From assembly GCA_043811375.1 (NCBI GenBank), contig JBDRNJ010000031.1:1-64000 (forward strand): 64,000 nt of DNA. The letters are read 5' to 3'. The DNA comes from a bacterium (GTDB lineage Bacteria > Zixibacteria > MSB-5A5 > GN15 > FEB-12). Shown piece by piece: positions 9,346-19,247 of the stretch. Within the stretch, counting starts at the first letter, position 1. The number at the start of each line of letters is the position of its first letter. The position numbers were made by a program, and so were the translations under genes. A model generated the notes under the pieces. That model saw only the letters and a program-made list of their open reading frames with translations, did not search any database and was not told where the DNA came from.

Positions 9346-10210
9346 GGGCGGTACCGGCAAGACCAGCCTGGTTGGATCGCTCGCCGCTTTGTCACGGGAC
9401 AAAGTGCTGGTTGATGGCGATGTCGACGCTGCTGATCTTCATCTGATTCTGCAGAACAACATACGGAAAACATCTGAATTCACCGGTGGCAGGCAGGCGT
9501 TCATCATTGAAGAAGACTGCACGAATTGCGGTATCTGCCCGGAGTACTGCCGATTCGATGCGATTAAGCATGAGGTACCGACAACCAGCGCCGAAAAGGA
9601 GCGGTATTGGATAGACAAACATGCCTGTGATGGATGCGGGGTCTGTGTGTGTCACTGCCCGGAGCATGCAATTGATTTCAGAGAGGTGATCAGCGGTGAG
9701 TGGTACATCTCTGATACGCCGTATGGCCCTCTGGTGCATGCGCGCTTAGGTCTGGCGCAAGCCAATTCAGGCAAGCTGGTTTCACTGTTGCGTCAGCAGG
9801 CAAGGTTGTTGGCGGACAAGAGAGGGCTGGATTTGATAATTGTAGATGGCCCGCCTGGAATCGGCTGTCCCGTGATTGCCTCGATCACCGGGGCCGGGTA
9901 CGTTCTGATAGTCACTGAACCATCCATGTCGGCTATGCACGATATGGAACGAATGTTACAGTTAACCAAACATTTCAGAATTCCTACGGGAATATGTATT
10001 AACAAGTCAGATATCAACCTTGCTCTAACATCTCGAATTGAGGAGTTTGCCAGGGATCAGAAAATAAGGATACTGGGGCGAATTCCCTTCGACCCGGCAG
10101 TGACCGAAGCACAACTGGCGGGAACCACCGTTGTCGAACATTTTGCCAACGGTGCATCCCAAAGCCTCAAGTCCTTGTGGTCGAACCTGATTAAGGAACT
10201 CATTGAGTAG
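9317..10210 (+). CDS. Second MinD-superfamily ATPase with inserted ferredoxin
   Basis: SGKGGTGKT, DGDVDAADL, CTNCGIC/CDGCGVC, DGPPGIGCP. Confidence 0.88.
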   Translation: MTELVIVSGKGGTGKTSLVGSLAALSRDKVLVDGDVDAADLHLILQNNIRKTSEFTGGRQAFIIEEDCTNCGICPEYCRFDAIKHEVPTTSAEKERYWIDKHACDGCGVCVCHCPEHAIDFREVISGEWYISDTPYGPLVHARLGLAQANSGKLVSLLRQQARLLADKRGLDLIIVDGPPGIGCPVIASITGAGYVLIVTEPSMSAMHDMERMLQLTKHFRIPTGICINKSDINLALTSRIEEFARDQKIRILGRIPFDPAVTEAQLAGTTVVEHFANGASQSLKSLWSNLIKELIE

Positions 10211-10276
10211 AGCAATGATCCGATGCCAGAGTAGCAAATAATACGAACCAATGAAAAACAATATGGGGTTTGGACA

Positions 10277-10648
10277 ATGAAAATCGCCATTCCGACAGTA
10301 GATGGAGTATTGTGTCCGCATTTTGGTCACTGTCAGCAGTTTGCAATCCTTGATGTTGACCCTGAAACGAAGTCAATTAATGAAGTTGAGATGCTGACCC
10401 CACCCCCGCACGAGCCCGGTGTGCTTCCCGCATGGTTAAACCAGATGGGTTGTACGGTAATAATCGCCGGGGGAATGGGAGGGCGAGCCGTCGGTATCTT
10501 CCAGCAGAACGGTATCGAGGTTATTATGGGGGCACCGAATGGAAAGCCTGAGGAGATTGTGGCGGCTTATCTGAATAGTAAGCTTACAACCGGCGCCAAT
10601 CCGTGTGACGATCCTGCTTTTCACGGCGATAAACGTTGCGGGGAGTAG
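10277..10648 (+). CDS. NifB/NifX family protein
   Basis: MKIAIP..LCPHFGHC..PPHEPG..IAGGMG. Confidence 0.85.
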   Translation: MKIAIPTVDGVLCPHFGHCQQFAILDVDPETKSINEVEMLTPPPHEPGVLPAWLNQMGCTVIIAGGMGGRAVGIFQQNGIEVIMGAPNGKPEEIVAAYLNSKLTTGANPCDDPAFHGDKRCGE

Positions 10649-10955
10649 CCGCCCGAGTTAAAAGATGAACTTTGAACCGCCACAATCATGAGTTGCTGGA
10701 TTCGTGATCCCGGTTGATGTCTATTTCGGTCGATTAGTACGGATACAGGAAAGAAGAGAGCGAATCAAAGAACGAACGATGAAACAGAGGAAACGCAATC
10801 ACCCAAAAGCCATTACTGCCTGACAAACTGTATCTTGGATTGCAATACACCCTGTCCGGATTGTCTGATGACGTACATTCCCGGAAGTTGTAAGAGTAGA
10901 AAAAAGAAAAGCTGGCCATAGTGGACTATTTTAGAACTGCAGCGTGAGATCAGAA

Positions 10956-11009
10956 CGGGGTCTACGAGACGATTTCCGCAACTGGATTATGGAGAAACCT
11001 GCCGCGTAA
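10956..11009 (+). repeat. Junction A: att-like site encoding tail RGLRDDFRNWIMEKPAA*
   Basis: Near-identical to 22292-22345 (CTACGAGACGATTTCCGCAACTGG shared); left flank GCAGCGTGAGATCAGAA resembles the left flank of junction B. Confidence 0.75.
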
Positions 11010-11172
11010 GATTATTCTTGAGGATCACTTAGCCAAATTCCTCCGTTTATGCCTCACATGGAGACGGATCGTCGAAGAAGATGTAGCATACCACAAATGA
11101 TGCATTAGCGATGTTGGTACTGCCCTTGCAGTTAGCTTAGCCGCAAATATAAAAGGCAACGTGAACGGACGA

Positions 11173-12225
11173 TCACGCCAACCCGCGGCTTTCGCGGCGC
11201 ATCTTTTCCCAGGTTGGAAAATCTTTGGGCGGATGGACGATTTCATTCTCCGGTTTCAATCTCAATTCAATCGCTTCCTCCGGGCATCCGGTTACGCACA
11301 ATCCGCATCCGATACATTTTTCACGTACGACTACCGAAACATCATCCATCGTTTCAATCGCATTCACCTGGCATCTATCATGACAGGTCTGGCAATCGCT
11401 GCATTTATTGGAGTCGACAACAGCATAATAGTTGGCGTAGGCAACCGATCTATCTATGCCCCATTCGGTGACGCCCCGCAAAACGGCGCAACAGCATCCG
11501 CAACAATTGCAAATATACCCGATGCCGTCGGTGATGTTACTCACGCAGTGCACCAGTCCGACCTCTTCTGCCTCATCAAGAAGCGCCAATGCTTCTTCCT
11601 GCGATATCATATCAAATCCGGGCGTTCCGCTCCGTATATTAAATGCCAGACAATTTCTGACCGGAAAATCACATTTTTGTCCCAAATGCACTTTTTGAAC
11701 CCGACAAATGCAATCATGGTTGGCAAACGACTTCGCTCTCATAAGAATTTTCTTAACGTCATCATATGGGAGTACCCAATCTCCCGTGGCTGCGCCCCGA
11801 ACCGGTATTACACGATGAAGAGCCGGATCATATTTCATAATCCCCGCCGCTCCGCCGTCAGCAAGGTAATCATCCACTAATTGAGCCAGCTCTCTGTCCA
11901 TGCTATGTAGTTGTGCCTCATAAAACCCTACAACGAATGGAGCCAATCGGAATTTTATTTCGTTGGAGCTTTTATCGAACCACAACAACCCTCTCTGGGC
12001 CATTTCTTTTAATGCGGCCGCCACCTCGTCGACCGGAAGTCCGGCTCTATGCGCGATAGCTTCGGTCGGTTCCATTGTTCCAGTTAAATACCCCACCAGC
12101 TTAGCTTCTTCCTCCGAAAAGATCTTTTGCAACAATGTAATCTCAACATTGGAGGGAGTCCGCGGAAATCCGTTGGGTAATCTATCCAAAGCCTGCGCCA
12201 GTTTTTCATAAACTCCAGTATTCAT
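11173..12225 (-). CDS. 4Fe-4S dicluster binding protein with N-terminal winged-helix-like region
   Basis: CICR, CNCCGCCC, CSDCQTC...C and CIGCGLC...CP motifs. Confidence 0.85.
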   Translation of the reverse strand: MNTGVYEKLAQALDRLPNGFPRTPSNVEITLLQKIFSEEEAKLVGYLTGTMEPTEAIAHRAGLPVDEVAAALKEMAQRGLLWFDKSSNEIKFRLAPFVVGFYEAQLHSMDRELAQLVDDYLADGGAAGIMKYDPALHRVIPVRGAATGDWVLPYDDVKKILMRAKSFANHDCICRVQKVHLGQKCDFPVRNCLAFNIRSGTPGFDMISQEEALALLDEAEEVGLVHCVSNITDGIGYICNCCGCCCAVLRGVTEWGIDRSVAYANYYAVVDSNKCSDCQTCHDRCQVNAIETMDDVSVVVREKCIGCGLCVTGCPEEAIELRLKPENEIVHPPKDFPTWEKMRRESRGLA

Positions 12226-12411
12226 CTTTTTCCTATCCTCTTGTATTGGTCTACACTTATTCGTCCTTACCGGATTTTGCAGTTAATGATTGATGTCATA
12301 AAATAAGTGGAGTAGACCGGTTGAATCAACAGTTAATGTGATTAACGGGGGTTCTTTGCGTTAAGATACTTCCATGTGGCATAACTCATTGTGGGGCAGC
12401 GTGATATAAGA

Positions 12412-12516
12412 AAGCGGGGTGGGCCTCACTCTCCCCAAACTTCCGTGGAATTTAGGTTTTCGGTGAAAAGTAGCTATTCAACAGCAAATGGAAGGCGTTG
12501 GAAAACAATTACTTAA
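12412..12516 (+). repeat. Junction B: att-like site encoding tail KRGGPHSPQTSVEFRFSVKSSYSTANGRRWKTIT*
   Basis: Gap-free diverged direct repeat of 14399-14503. Confidence 0.75.
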
Positions 12517-12648
12517 TTGCGACGTATTATGCCAACGTGGTGACTCTAATCTTTCCCGTACGCTCCGATTGCGTGCCAATGCGAACCAACACGCCTCGGG
12601 ACGCGCTCGCAAGCTCGCGTGGGCAATCCACAAAAAACTATTTTTCAC

Positions 12649-12677
12649 TTGACATATATCCGCAACGGATATAGTAT
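12649..12677 (+). promoter_or_regulatory. sigma-70 promoter with embedded palindromic operator (probable PadR autoregulation, likely leaderless mRNA)
   Basis: TTGACA-17-TAGTAT; TATATCCG-caa-CGGATATA inverted repeat 12655-12673; ATG at 12684, 6 nt after the -10 box. Confidence 0.7.
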
Positions 12678-12683
12678 CTGATC

Positions 12684-13043
12684 ATGGTAAACAAAAAAGC
12701 AAAGCCCCTCACTCCGGCGGTGCTTCATATCCTCCTCGCACTCTCAACAAGAGAGCGGCATGGCTATGGAATCATGAAGCAGGTGGAAGCCGATTCGCAG
12801 GGAAAAGTGAACATGGGACCTGGTACGCTCTATGGTTCGCTGGGCCGCATGATTGATGCGGGGTTGATTCGCGAGAGCGACAAAAAAGTAGATCCCGATA
12901 TGGACGATGAACGGCGAGTCTATTACAAAATCACCGGCCTCGGCCAAAAAGCGCTAGCGGCGGAATTGGAGCGGTATCGTGGAGTCGTGGCGGTCGCCAG
13001 ACAAAAACGGCTCTCGCCGAGTACTTTAGCGTATGGCATATGA
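12684..13043 (+). CDS. PadR family transcriptional regulator
   Basis: ILLAL..RHGYGIMK..GPGTLYGSL..RRVYYKIT..G. Confidence 0.92.
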   Translation: MVNKKAKPLTPAVLHILLALSTRERHGYGIMKQVEADSQGKVNMGPGTLYGSLGRMIDAGLIRESDKKVDPDMDDERRVYYKITGLGQKALAAELERYRGVVAVARQKRLSPSTLAYGI

Positions 13044-13800
13044 ACACTCAATACGACGATGTCGGCACTGGTATGCAAAACTGCTTCGCCTCTATTCGAA
13101 GCCGTACTATGAGCGCTTCGGCGAGGGAATGGAGCAAACCTTCAACGATCTTCTCCGAGAGCGCGCAGAAGAAGAAAGAGGATTATTCGATTGCGCTCTC
13201 TGGATGTTCATCGAGACATCCGCAGGAATTATTAGAGAGAATATAAAATTTATCATTATGCAAAACAAAAACATTATCCGCATTACGCTCGCGACAGCGT
13301 TCATATTGCTACTGCCCTTGTTGGCGATGCAGTTCACCGATGAAGTGGTCTGGGACCTGGCCGATTTCGCTGTCGCCGGCGCCCTCCTGTTCGGCGCTGG
13401 TCTTACGTATGAGCTGGTAGCGAGGAAGGCGGGCAATATCGCGTACCGAGCCGCCGTCGGTGTTGCGGTGGCGGCAGCACTCATCCTCGTCTGGGTGAAC
13501 CTTGCCGTTGGGCTCATCGGGTCTGAGGACAACCCCGCCAACCTGATATATGTCGGGGTGCTCGCCGTCGGAATCATCGGTGCCATCATCGCGCGCTTAC
13601 AGTCACATGGAATGGCACGCGCGTTGTTCGCGACGGCGCTCGCTCAGGCGTTGGTCGCTGTGATCGCGCTTATCGCCGGGATGCACCAGTATCCTGGTAG
13701 CTCCGTGTCTGAGATTTTGAACGTGAATGGGTTCTTCGTCGCGCTGTTTGTCTTATCTGCGTTGTTGTTTCAACGCGCAAGCGCCACGGACCCGACGTAG
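13033..13800 (+). CDS. PadR-associated integral membrane protein
   Basis: YAKLLRLY..YERFGEGM N-terminus, about 6 hydrophobic helices, overlaps the padR stop. Confidence 0.75.
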   Translation: MAYEHSIRRCRHWYAKLLRLYSKPYYERFGEGMEQTFNDLLRERAEEERGLFDCALWMFIETSAGIIRENIKFIIMQNKNIIRITLATAFILLLPLLAMQFTDEVVWDLADFAVAGALLFGAGLTYELVARKAGNIAYRAAVGVAVAAALILVWVNLAVGLIGSEDNPANLIYVGVLAVGIIGAIIARLQSHGMARALFATALAQALVAVIALIAGMHQYPGSSVSEILNVNGFFVALFVLSALLFQRASATDPT

Positions 13801-13876
13801 AACCGACGGCTTGAGTGGCGGTTTTAGTAAGCCAAGTGCATAAAATGCTCTTGCCTGCGCTTTAGCGCAGACCGCA

Positions 13877-14221
13877 TTATCGCTGCCAGAGGCCGTGGTG
13901 GATGCCCCCCTGGATGTAGATGGCGAACGTACCGTGGCCGGGGATCTCCAAGGGTGGGTGGGCGACCTCGCCGCCGGCCTCCACCGCCGCAGCGACGGCC
14001 GCTTCTATGTCGTCCACCAGCCAGTAGGGCCGCACCACTGGCTCCTCCGCCTCGTGCATGGGCGCTCGTACGCCAACAAGCCCGCCTCCCGGCAGCGCGG
14101 CCGTCCGTGCGTTGCCGAGCCCGGCGTCCGGCTCACCGAACTGCGCCCCGTTCGCTCTGGCGTACGCGGCGCACACCGCGTCGACCTCCTTGGTCACGAT
14201 TTCAAGGTAGTGGATCTGCAT
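13877..14221 (-). CDS. VOC/glyoxalase family protein
   Basis: YLEIVT..PYWLVDDIEAAV..GGEV..IPGHGTFA; GGAGG RBS. Confidence 0.8.
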   Translation of the reverse strand: MQIHYLEIVTKEVDAVCAAYARANGAQFGEPDAGLGNARTAALPGGGLVGVRAPMHEAEEPVVRPYWLVDDIEAAVAAAVEAGGEVAHPPLEIPGHGTFAIYIQGGIHHGLWQR

Positions 14222-14398
14222 GTTTCGTTCACCTCCAGTTAGCGCGCTACGCCATCTTATTCCATTCGGACCGACGTTGCGTCACCGCATTCGTTGGGTT
14301 TTAGACGAATCAGGTCATGATTCAACTCAAATATCAGCCTGAAGAATATACGTGGACTCTTGGGGGAAACACAGACAATTATAGACTAGCTTAGTCTA

Positions 14399-14503
14399 TG
14401 GCGGGGTGGACCTCACTCTCCCAAAACTCTCATTGAATTAGTGTTTGAAGTGAAAATGGGTTATTCGACGGCAAACGGAACGCGTTGGAAGACAATCAGA
14501 TAG
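14399..14503 (+). repeat. Junction C: att-like site encoding tail WRGGPHSPKTLIELVFEVKMGYSTANGTRWKTIR*
   Basis: Gap-free diverged direct repeat of 12412-12516 with synonymous changes. Confidence 0.75.
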
Positions 14504-14535
14504 ATTCTATAGCAATCTACAATTGGTTGGCTCGA

Positions 14536-14566
14536 CAAAAGTCCGGGTGAGATTTCGCTCACCCGG
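14536..14566 (-). terminator. Intrinsic terminator after the czcA-like gene
   Basis: CCGGGTGAG-N6-CTCACCCGG stem, T-run on the minus strand. Confidence 0.65.
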
Positions 14567-14579
14567 CATTCTTATACAG

Positions 14580-17500
14580 TTACTGAGCTGCCGCTGATGT
14601 AGGCTGTTTGCGTCCCCATTTGATAAAAAGAGCGGGCACCACCACCAGATTCAAGAAGGTGGCGCTGATCAGACCGCCTAGAATCACGATTGCCATGGGC
14701 GCTTGGATTTCACTTCCGGGTTTATCCGCTGCAATCGCCAACGGGAGTAGAGCCAGTCCGGTGGTCAGGGCAGTCATAAGGATTGGACTCAGCCTTTCCA
14801 TCGAGCCCTGAATCACGGCCTCCATTATCGGCTTACCTTCTCTATCAATCAGGAAATTGTAATGCGACAACATCACGATGCCATTACGAACAGCAATTCC
14901 AAATAGCGTAATGAATCCCACAAGAGAAGCGATCGACATTATGCCGTCGGTAAGCAGGATGGCCAGTATTCCGCCGATCAAGGCTAACGGCAAGTTGACC
15001 ATCACGAGGATCGGATGGCGGAAATTGCCGAACAGCAGGTAGAGCAGCACCAGTATGGCCACAATGGACACAATACTGAAGAGAGTGACGGTCCGAGTGG
15101 CCTCGCGCTCACTCTCGAACTGTCCACCCATCTCCACAAAATATCCTTTGGGGAGATCAACATTATCGTCAATCAGTTGGCTGATTTCCTGAACTGCTCC
15201 GTGAAGATCGCGTTCCGCAACGTTGGCCTGAATGACAATCTTACGCTGAACGTTTTCGCGGCTGACATAATTGGGTCCCCGATCGACAGTGATATCAGCA
15301 ACCACTTCAAGTGGTATGGCCCCACCCGTCGGAACGTCAATCAAGCTCCTCTTGATCGCCTCCAGATCGCCTCGATGTTCAGGAGCGTACTGCACCTTGA
15401 GGTCGAAGCGTTGGTCGCCCTCATAGACTTGAGATGTCGTTACTCCCAAGAAGGCCACGTCAATCATTTCGTCCATGTCAGTCGGCCTGAGACCATAGAG
15501 AGCCATCTTCTCCCTGTTAGCTTGAACGCGTACCTGAGGAACGTCGGTCTGCTGATCTACGAAAATATCTACCAGTCCGTCGACCTCTTCCATTTCCTGC
15601 TTGATCTCCTCGGCGTATTGCCGCAATCCGTAAAGGTCAGGACCAAAGAGCTTCACGGCGATGGCGGCTCTCGTACCCGACAGCATGTGATCAATCCGGT
15701 GGGAGATGGGCTGACCGATTGTAATATTTGTGCCTTGGACAATAGACAACTGTGATCGTAATTCCTCGAGTAGTTGGGTCTTGGAAATGTTTGACAAGTC
15801 AATTTGCACTTCCATCTCATGAGCATGCGAACCGAGAGAGTGTTCATCAAGTTCTGTTCGACCAGTACGGCGAGCTGTAGAGATCACTGCGTCATGAGAA
15901 AGCAGGATCTTCTCCACCATTGAGCCAAGCTGATCCGATTGTTCAAGGGATGTCCCCGGAACAGTCGCCATCGAGATGTTAAAGGTACCTTCATTGAACT
16001 CAGGAAGGAAAGATCGACCAAGGAACGGCATCGTGGCCATTGCCGCGATTGTAAGCACCAGAGAAGCGCCGATGATCAATCCCCTGTGCTTTAGGAAGTA
16101 CCTGAGAAAGGGCTCGTATAGGTACTTCAGTTGCCGCACGAGCCAGCTTTCCTGGTGCTTTCCAGCTCCCACCTTCCGAAGGAGAATGGAACTGAGAACC
16201 GGAGTAACCGTTATGGCCACCAGCAACGAAGCTAGCACTGACACTACATAGGCTGCACCAAGGGGAATCAGCATCCTGCCCTCGACACCGCTTAGAAAGA
16301 ACAGTGGCACGAACACCACACTTACAATCGGTGTTGCCGTAGCCATTGGTCCGCGAATTTCCGAGGATGCCGCCTCAACGACCCGCATGAAAGGCCGTCG
16401 GTCTGACTCGAGCAATGCGGCATTTTCACGAATGCGCCGGTAGACATTCTCAACGTATATGATGCCATCATCCACCAAAATCCCAACAGCAATTGCCATC
16501 CCACCGAGCGTCATAGTGTTTACCGACAACCCCATGACTTTCAGTGTCAGGAAAGCCGTTACAAGAGAGAGCGGAATAGCCAAAACCGATATCACGGTAG
16601 TACGGAAATTCATCAAGAACGCAAAAAGCACCAGGGTAACAAGTATGGCGCCGTACTTCAGGGATTGAGTGACGTTTTCTATCGCGATCTCGATGAAATC
16701 AGACTGCTTAAATATCTCCGTATGCATCACAACATCGCTCGGAAGCGATGGTCGCAACTGCTCCAACCTGGTTAGAATCTGTTCGGTAAGGAGCAGGGTG
16801 TTGGCATCCGGCTGTTTGGCAATGATAAGCAAGGCTCCGTTTTCGTTGTTTATCGATGCCGTTCCGAGTTTGAAGGCCGAGGCTACGGTCACCTCCGCTA
16901 CGTCCTGAATCAAAACCGGGATTCGATTCTCGACCGTAATCACGGTCTTCTTGAGATCTTCGATATTCTGAATACGACCAAGGCCACGAATCAAGAACTC
17001 CTGACCGGATTCTACAAAGACTCCACCTGTGGCGTTAATGTTCGACTCTGCAACTGCCTTGAGGACATGATCAAGCGTCAAGCCACGTGCCGCCACCTTG
17101 TAGGGATCAACCTGAACCTGATACTGCTGAGTCTCTCCGCCGTAAACCAGAACCTGAGAGACTCCCGGAACAGATTGTATGCGTCTGGCGACCGCGAAAT
17201 CCGCCAATGTGCGAAGTTCCATCGGCGAAGTAGAATCGGCTGTCAATCCTACCAGCATGATCTCGCCCATTATCGATGTAATCGGCGCCATCATTGGTTG
17301 GTCGACGCCTTCTGGAAGCGCGTTTCCTACTATTTGTATCTTTTCGTTTACGATTTGACGCGCGATGTAGATGTCTACACCCCAGTCGAATTCGACCCAG
17401 ATAGTTGAGAGTCCTTGAATGGAATTAGATCGCACGCGTCTGACGCTAGACGCACCGTTGACAACCGTCTCGATGGGGAATGTAACGAGTTTCTCAACTT

Positions 17501-17678
17501 CCTCCGGAGCCATCCCATGGGCTTCCGTAAGAATCGTTACGGTTGGCGCTGTAAGGTCCGGGAATACATCGATAGGCATGTTTAGGGTGACTATCGTCCC
17601 CAGTATCAATAGGCCTGCTGCGGCAACCAGAACAATTAACCGGTTGTGTAAGCTGGCTTGCATGAGTTTGTCTAGCAT
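14580..17678 (-). CDS. CusA/CzcA family heavy-metal RND efflux permease
   Basis: 1032 aa; IDVFPDL, GILVDDGIIYVENV, RLSPILMT motifs. Confidence 0.92.
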   Translation of the reverse strand: MLDKLMQASLHNRLIVLVAAAGLLILGTIVTLNMPIDVFPDLTAPTVTILTEAHGMAPEEVEKLVTFPIETVVNGASSVRRVRSNSIQGLSTIWVEFDWGVDIYIARQIVNEKIQIVGNALPEGVDQPMMAPITSIMGEIMLVGLTADSTSPMELRTLADFAVARRIQSVPGVSQVLVYGGETQQYQVQVDPYKVAARGLTLDHVLKAVAESNINATGGVFVESGQEFLIRGLGRIQNIEDLKKTVITVENRIPVLIQDVAEVTVASAFKLGTASINNENGALLIIAKQPDANTLLLTEQILTRLEQLRPSLPSDVVMHTEIFKQSDFIEIAIENVTQSLKYGAILVTLVLFAFLMNFRTTVISVLAIPLSLVTAFLTLKVMGLSVNTMTLGGMAIAVGILVDDGIIYVENVYRRIRENAALLESDRRPFMRVVEAASSEIRGPMATATPIVSVVFVPLFFLSGVEGRMLIPLGAAYVVSVLASLLVAITVTPVLSSILLRKVGAGKHQESWLVRQLKYLYEPFLRYFLKHRGLIIGASLVLTIAAMATMPFLGRSFLPEFNEGTFNISMATVPGTSLEQSDQLGSMVEKILLSHDAVISTARRTGRTELDEHSLGSHAHEMEVQIDLSNISKTQLLEELRSQLSIVQGTNITIGQPISHRIDHMLSGTRAAIAVKLFGPDLYGLRQYAEEIKQEMEEVDGLVDIFVDQQTDVPQVRVQANREKMALYGLRPTDMDEMIDVAFLGVTTSQVYEGDQRFDLKVQYAPEHRGDLEAIKRSLIDVPTGGAIPLEVVADITVDRGPNYVSRENVQRKIVIQANVAERDLHGAVQEISQLIDDNVDLPKGYFVEMGGQFESEREATRTVTLFSIVSIVAILVLLYLLFGNFRHPILVMVNLPLALIGGILAILLTDGIMSIASLVGFITLFGIAVRNGIVMLSHYNFLIDREGKPIMEAVIQGSMERLSPILMTALTTGLALLPLAIAADKPGSEIQAPMAIVILGGLISATFLNLVVVPALFIKWGRKQPTSAAAQ

Positions 17679-17708
17679 TGCTTCACCTCTTTTTCGCCAT
17701 TTCTCGTC

Positions 17709-19238
17709 TTAATGTGCATGCCCATGTCCGATTTTGGCCGAAGTGGATGCGAGCTTGACATGATAACCGCCGGTCGTTACGACACGTTCGCCCGGCTCCA
17801 AGCCGTCAAGAATAGCTACATATCCCGCATAGTGCGGTCCTCTGCTGACTATTCTTTTTGTGAATGACTCCCCATCAGCCTGGACAAACACGACAGACAT
17901 GCCATTATCGTCGTAGAGGGCAGATGTGGGAACTGCGGTCGAAATGCTTCCTTCGCTGGAATACAATTCCACAGGAGAGGTTTCATTGATCCTCAAATAA
18001 TCATTCGTATTGCTCACTTCCAGGAGCACGGGAATGGTGCGCGTGGCCGGATCGAGGGCACCCCCGGTGGTGAGAACACGCATATCAGAGTTCGGGATGG
18101 CCCATCCTCCGGGCAGACCATCGGTCTTCACAAACGCTCCGACCGGACTTCCCAATTGATAGAAGTCTCTCTCATACACATTCACCTGTAACCACACTGT
18201 GGCGGGGTCTACGATGGACATCAGCTTGTCGCCAGAGCGAACTCGCTGTCCGGGACGAGCCTGCCACTCGACGATCTTTCCAGATATGGGTGCCTTAAGA
18301 GTTAGAGTGCCGTTTTTGCCACCGCTCGAAAGGGCCTCAAAGCCCGCTTTCATCGCCAAGTAATCGTCTCGAACGAGCTCAAACTCCCGTTCAGAGATAG
18401 CCTCGCGATCTTTGAGACGTTGCGCCCTCTCATAATCACGTTTCGCTTGCTCATACGCCAGATGCGAGGAGGCATATCCTGTGCCTTGTAATGGTGGTGT
18501 GATCGTAACCACGACGTCACCTCGTTTGACCAATGATCCCGGTAGCGCCAATTGGCTACCGTTACCCACATGCAAGATTCCATCGACAGGTGAAACTATC
18601 TCAACGTAGGAGTCGGGGCTGGGTAGCACTTCACCAATCGCCCACACCGATCGCTTGATCTCGCGGGTTTCAACCTCGCTAGTGGCAAAAGGAATTTTCC
18701 ACTGTTGCTCCATGAGGAAGCTTATCCCTCCACCAGTCTCACCCTCTTCCTGCGCAGGTATAGCGTCAATGGATGAATACACCTCAAAACCATCTATAAC
18801 GAACGAGTCGCGCGCGATTGGTCCCTCGTAAGTAAGATTGAGTCTGAGACTCTCGACATCCTTAAGTTCAACGGTTGGCGTGAAAATGCCTTCTCGAAGC
18901 AGATCAGTTTCCACTATTTCGAGCACGGATCGTGTTTCATTCATGAATGTTAGGGTGACTTTGCCTTCTCTGACAGGCTGAAAACCTTCAAGAATAGTAA
19001 GGTGAATAATAAACTTGCTCGGCTGGTTTGCCACCAGGAGAGGGTATTCCATGAACAATCCCATTTGGTCCGTAAATTCTGTCACCGAAACCGAGGGAGC
19101 CTCACCGTTATTCCCCTGGACGGCGGTTTCTGAGTTGTTCTGATCCGTCCTCCCTTCAGCAGGCTCACTACTTCCACTGGCAAAAGCCTGAGTTGCAAAG
19201 GCTAAAAGGAACAGAGCGATATATGCTGTAATCTTCAT
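17709..19238 (-). CDS. RND efflux periplasmic adaptor subunit (CzcB/CusB-like)
   Basis: Signal peptide, APISGKI, DPATRT, GLEPGERVVT, GHGHAH C-terminus. Confidence 0.88.
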   Translation of the reverse strand: MKITAYIALFLLAFATQAFASGSSEPAEGRTDQNNSETAVQGNNGEAPSVSVTEFTDQMGLFMEYPLLVANQPSKFIIHLTILEGFQPVREGKVTLTFMNETRSVLEIVETDLLREGIFTPTVELKDVESLRLNLTYEGPIARDSFVIDGFEVYSSIDAIPAQEEGETGGGISFLMEQQWKIPFATSEVETREIKRSVWAIGEVLPSPDSYVEIVSPVDGILHVGNGSQLALPGSLVKRGDVVVTITPPLQGTGYASSHLAYEQAKRDYERAQRLKDREAISEREFELVRDDYLAMKAGFEALSSGGKNGTLTLKAPISGKIVEWQARPGQRVRSGDKLMSIVDPATVWLQVNVYERDFYQLGSPVGAFVKTDGLPGGWAIPNSDMRVLTTGGALDPATRTIPVLLEVSNTNDYLRINETSPVELYSSEGSISTAVPTSALYDDNGMSVVFVQADGESFTKRIVSRGPHYAGYVAILDGLEPGERVVTTGGYHVKLASTSAKIGHGHAH

Positions 19239-19247
19239 CGTGTAATC

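Noticed and set aside
6585..10648. Nitrogen fixation cluster
   Set aside because: Only NifX-like domains; no nifH/D/K/E/N or radical-SAM NifB in the window.
10734..10919. 61-aa minus-strand ORF next to junction A
   Set aside because: No RBS or motif support; not called.
11161..11880. 239-aa plus-strand ORF
   Set aside because: Antisense shadow of the 4Fe-4S protein gene with no recognisable motifs.
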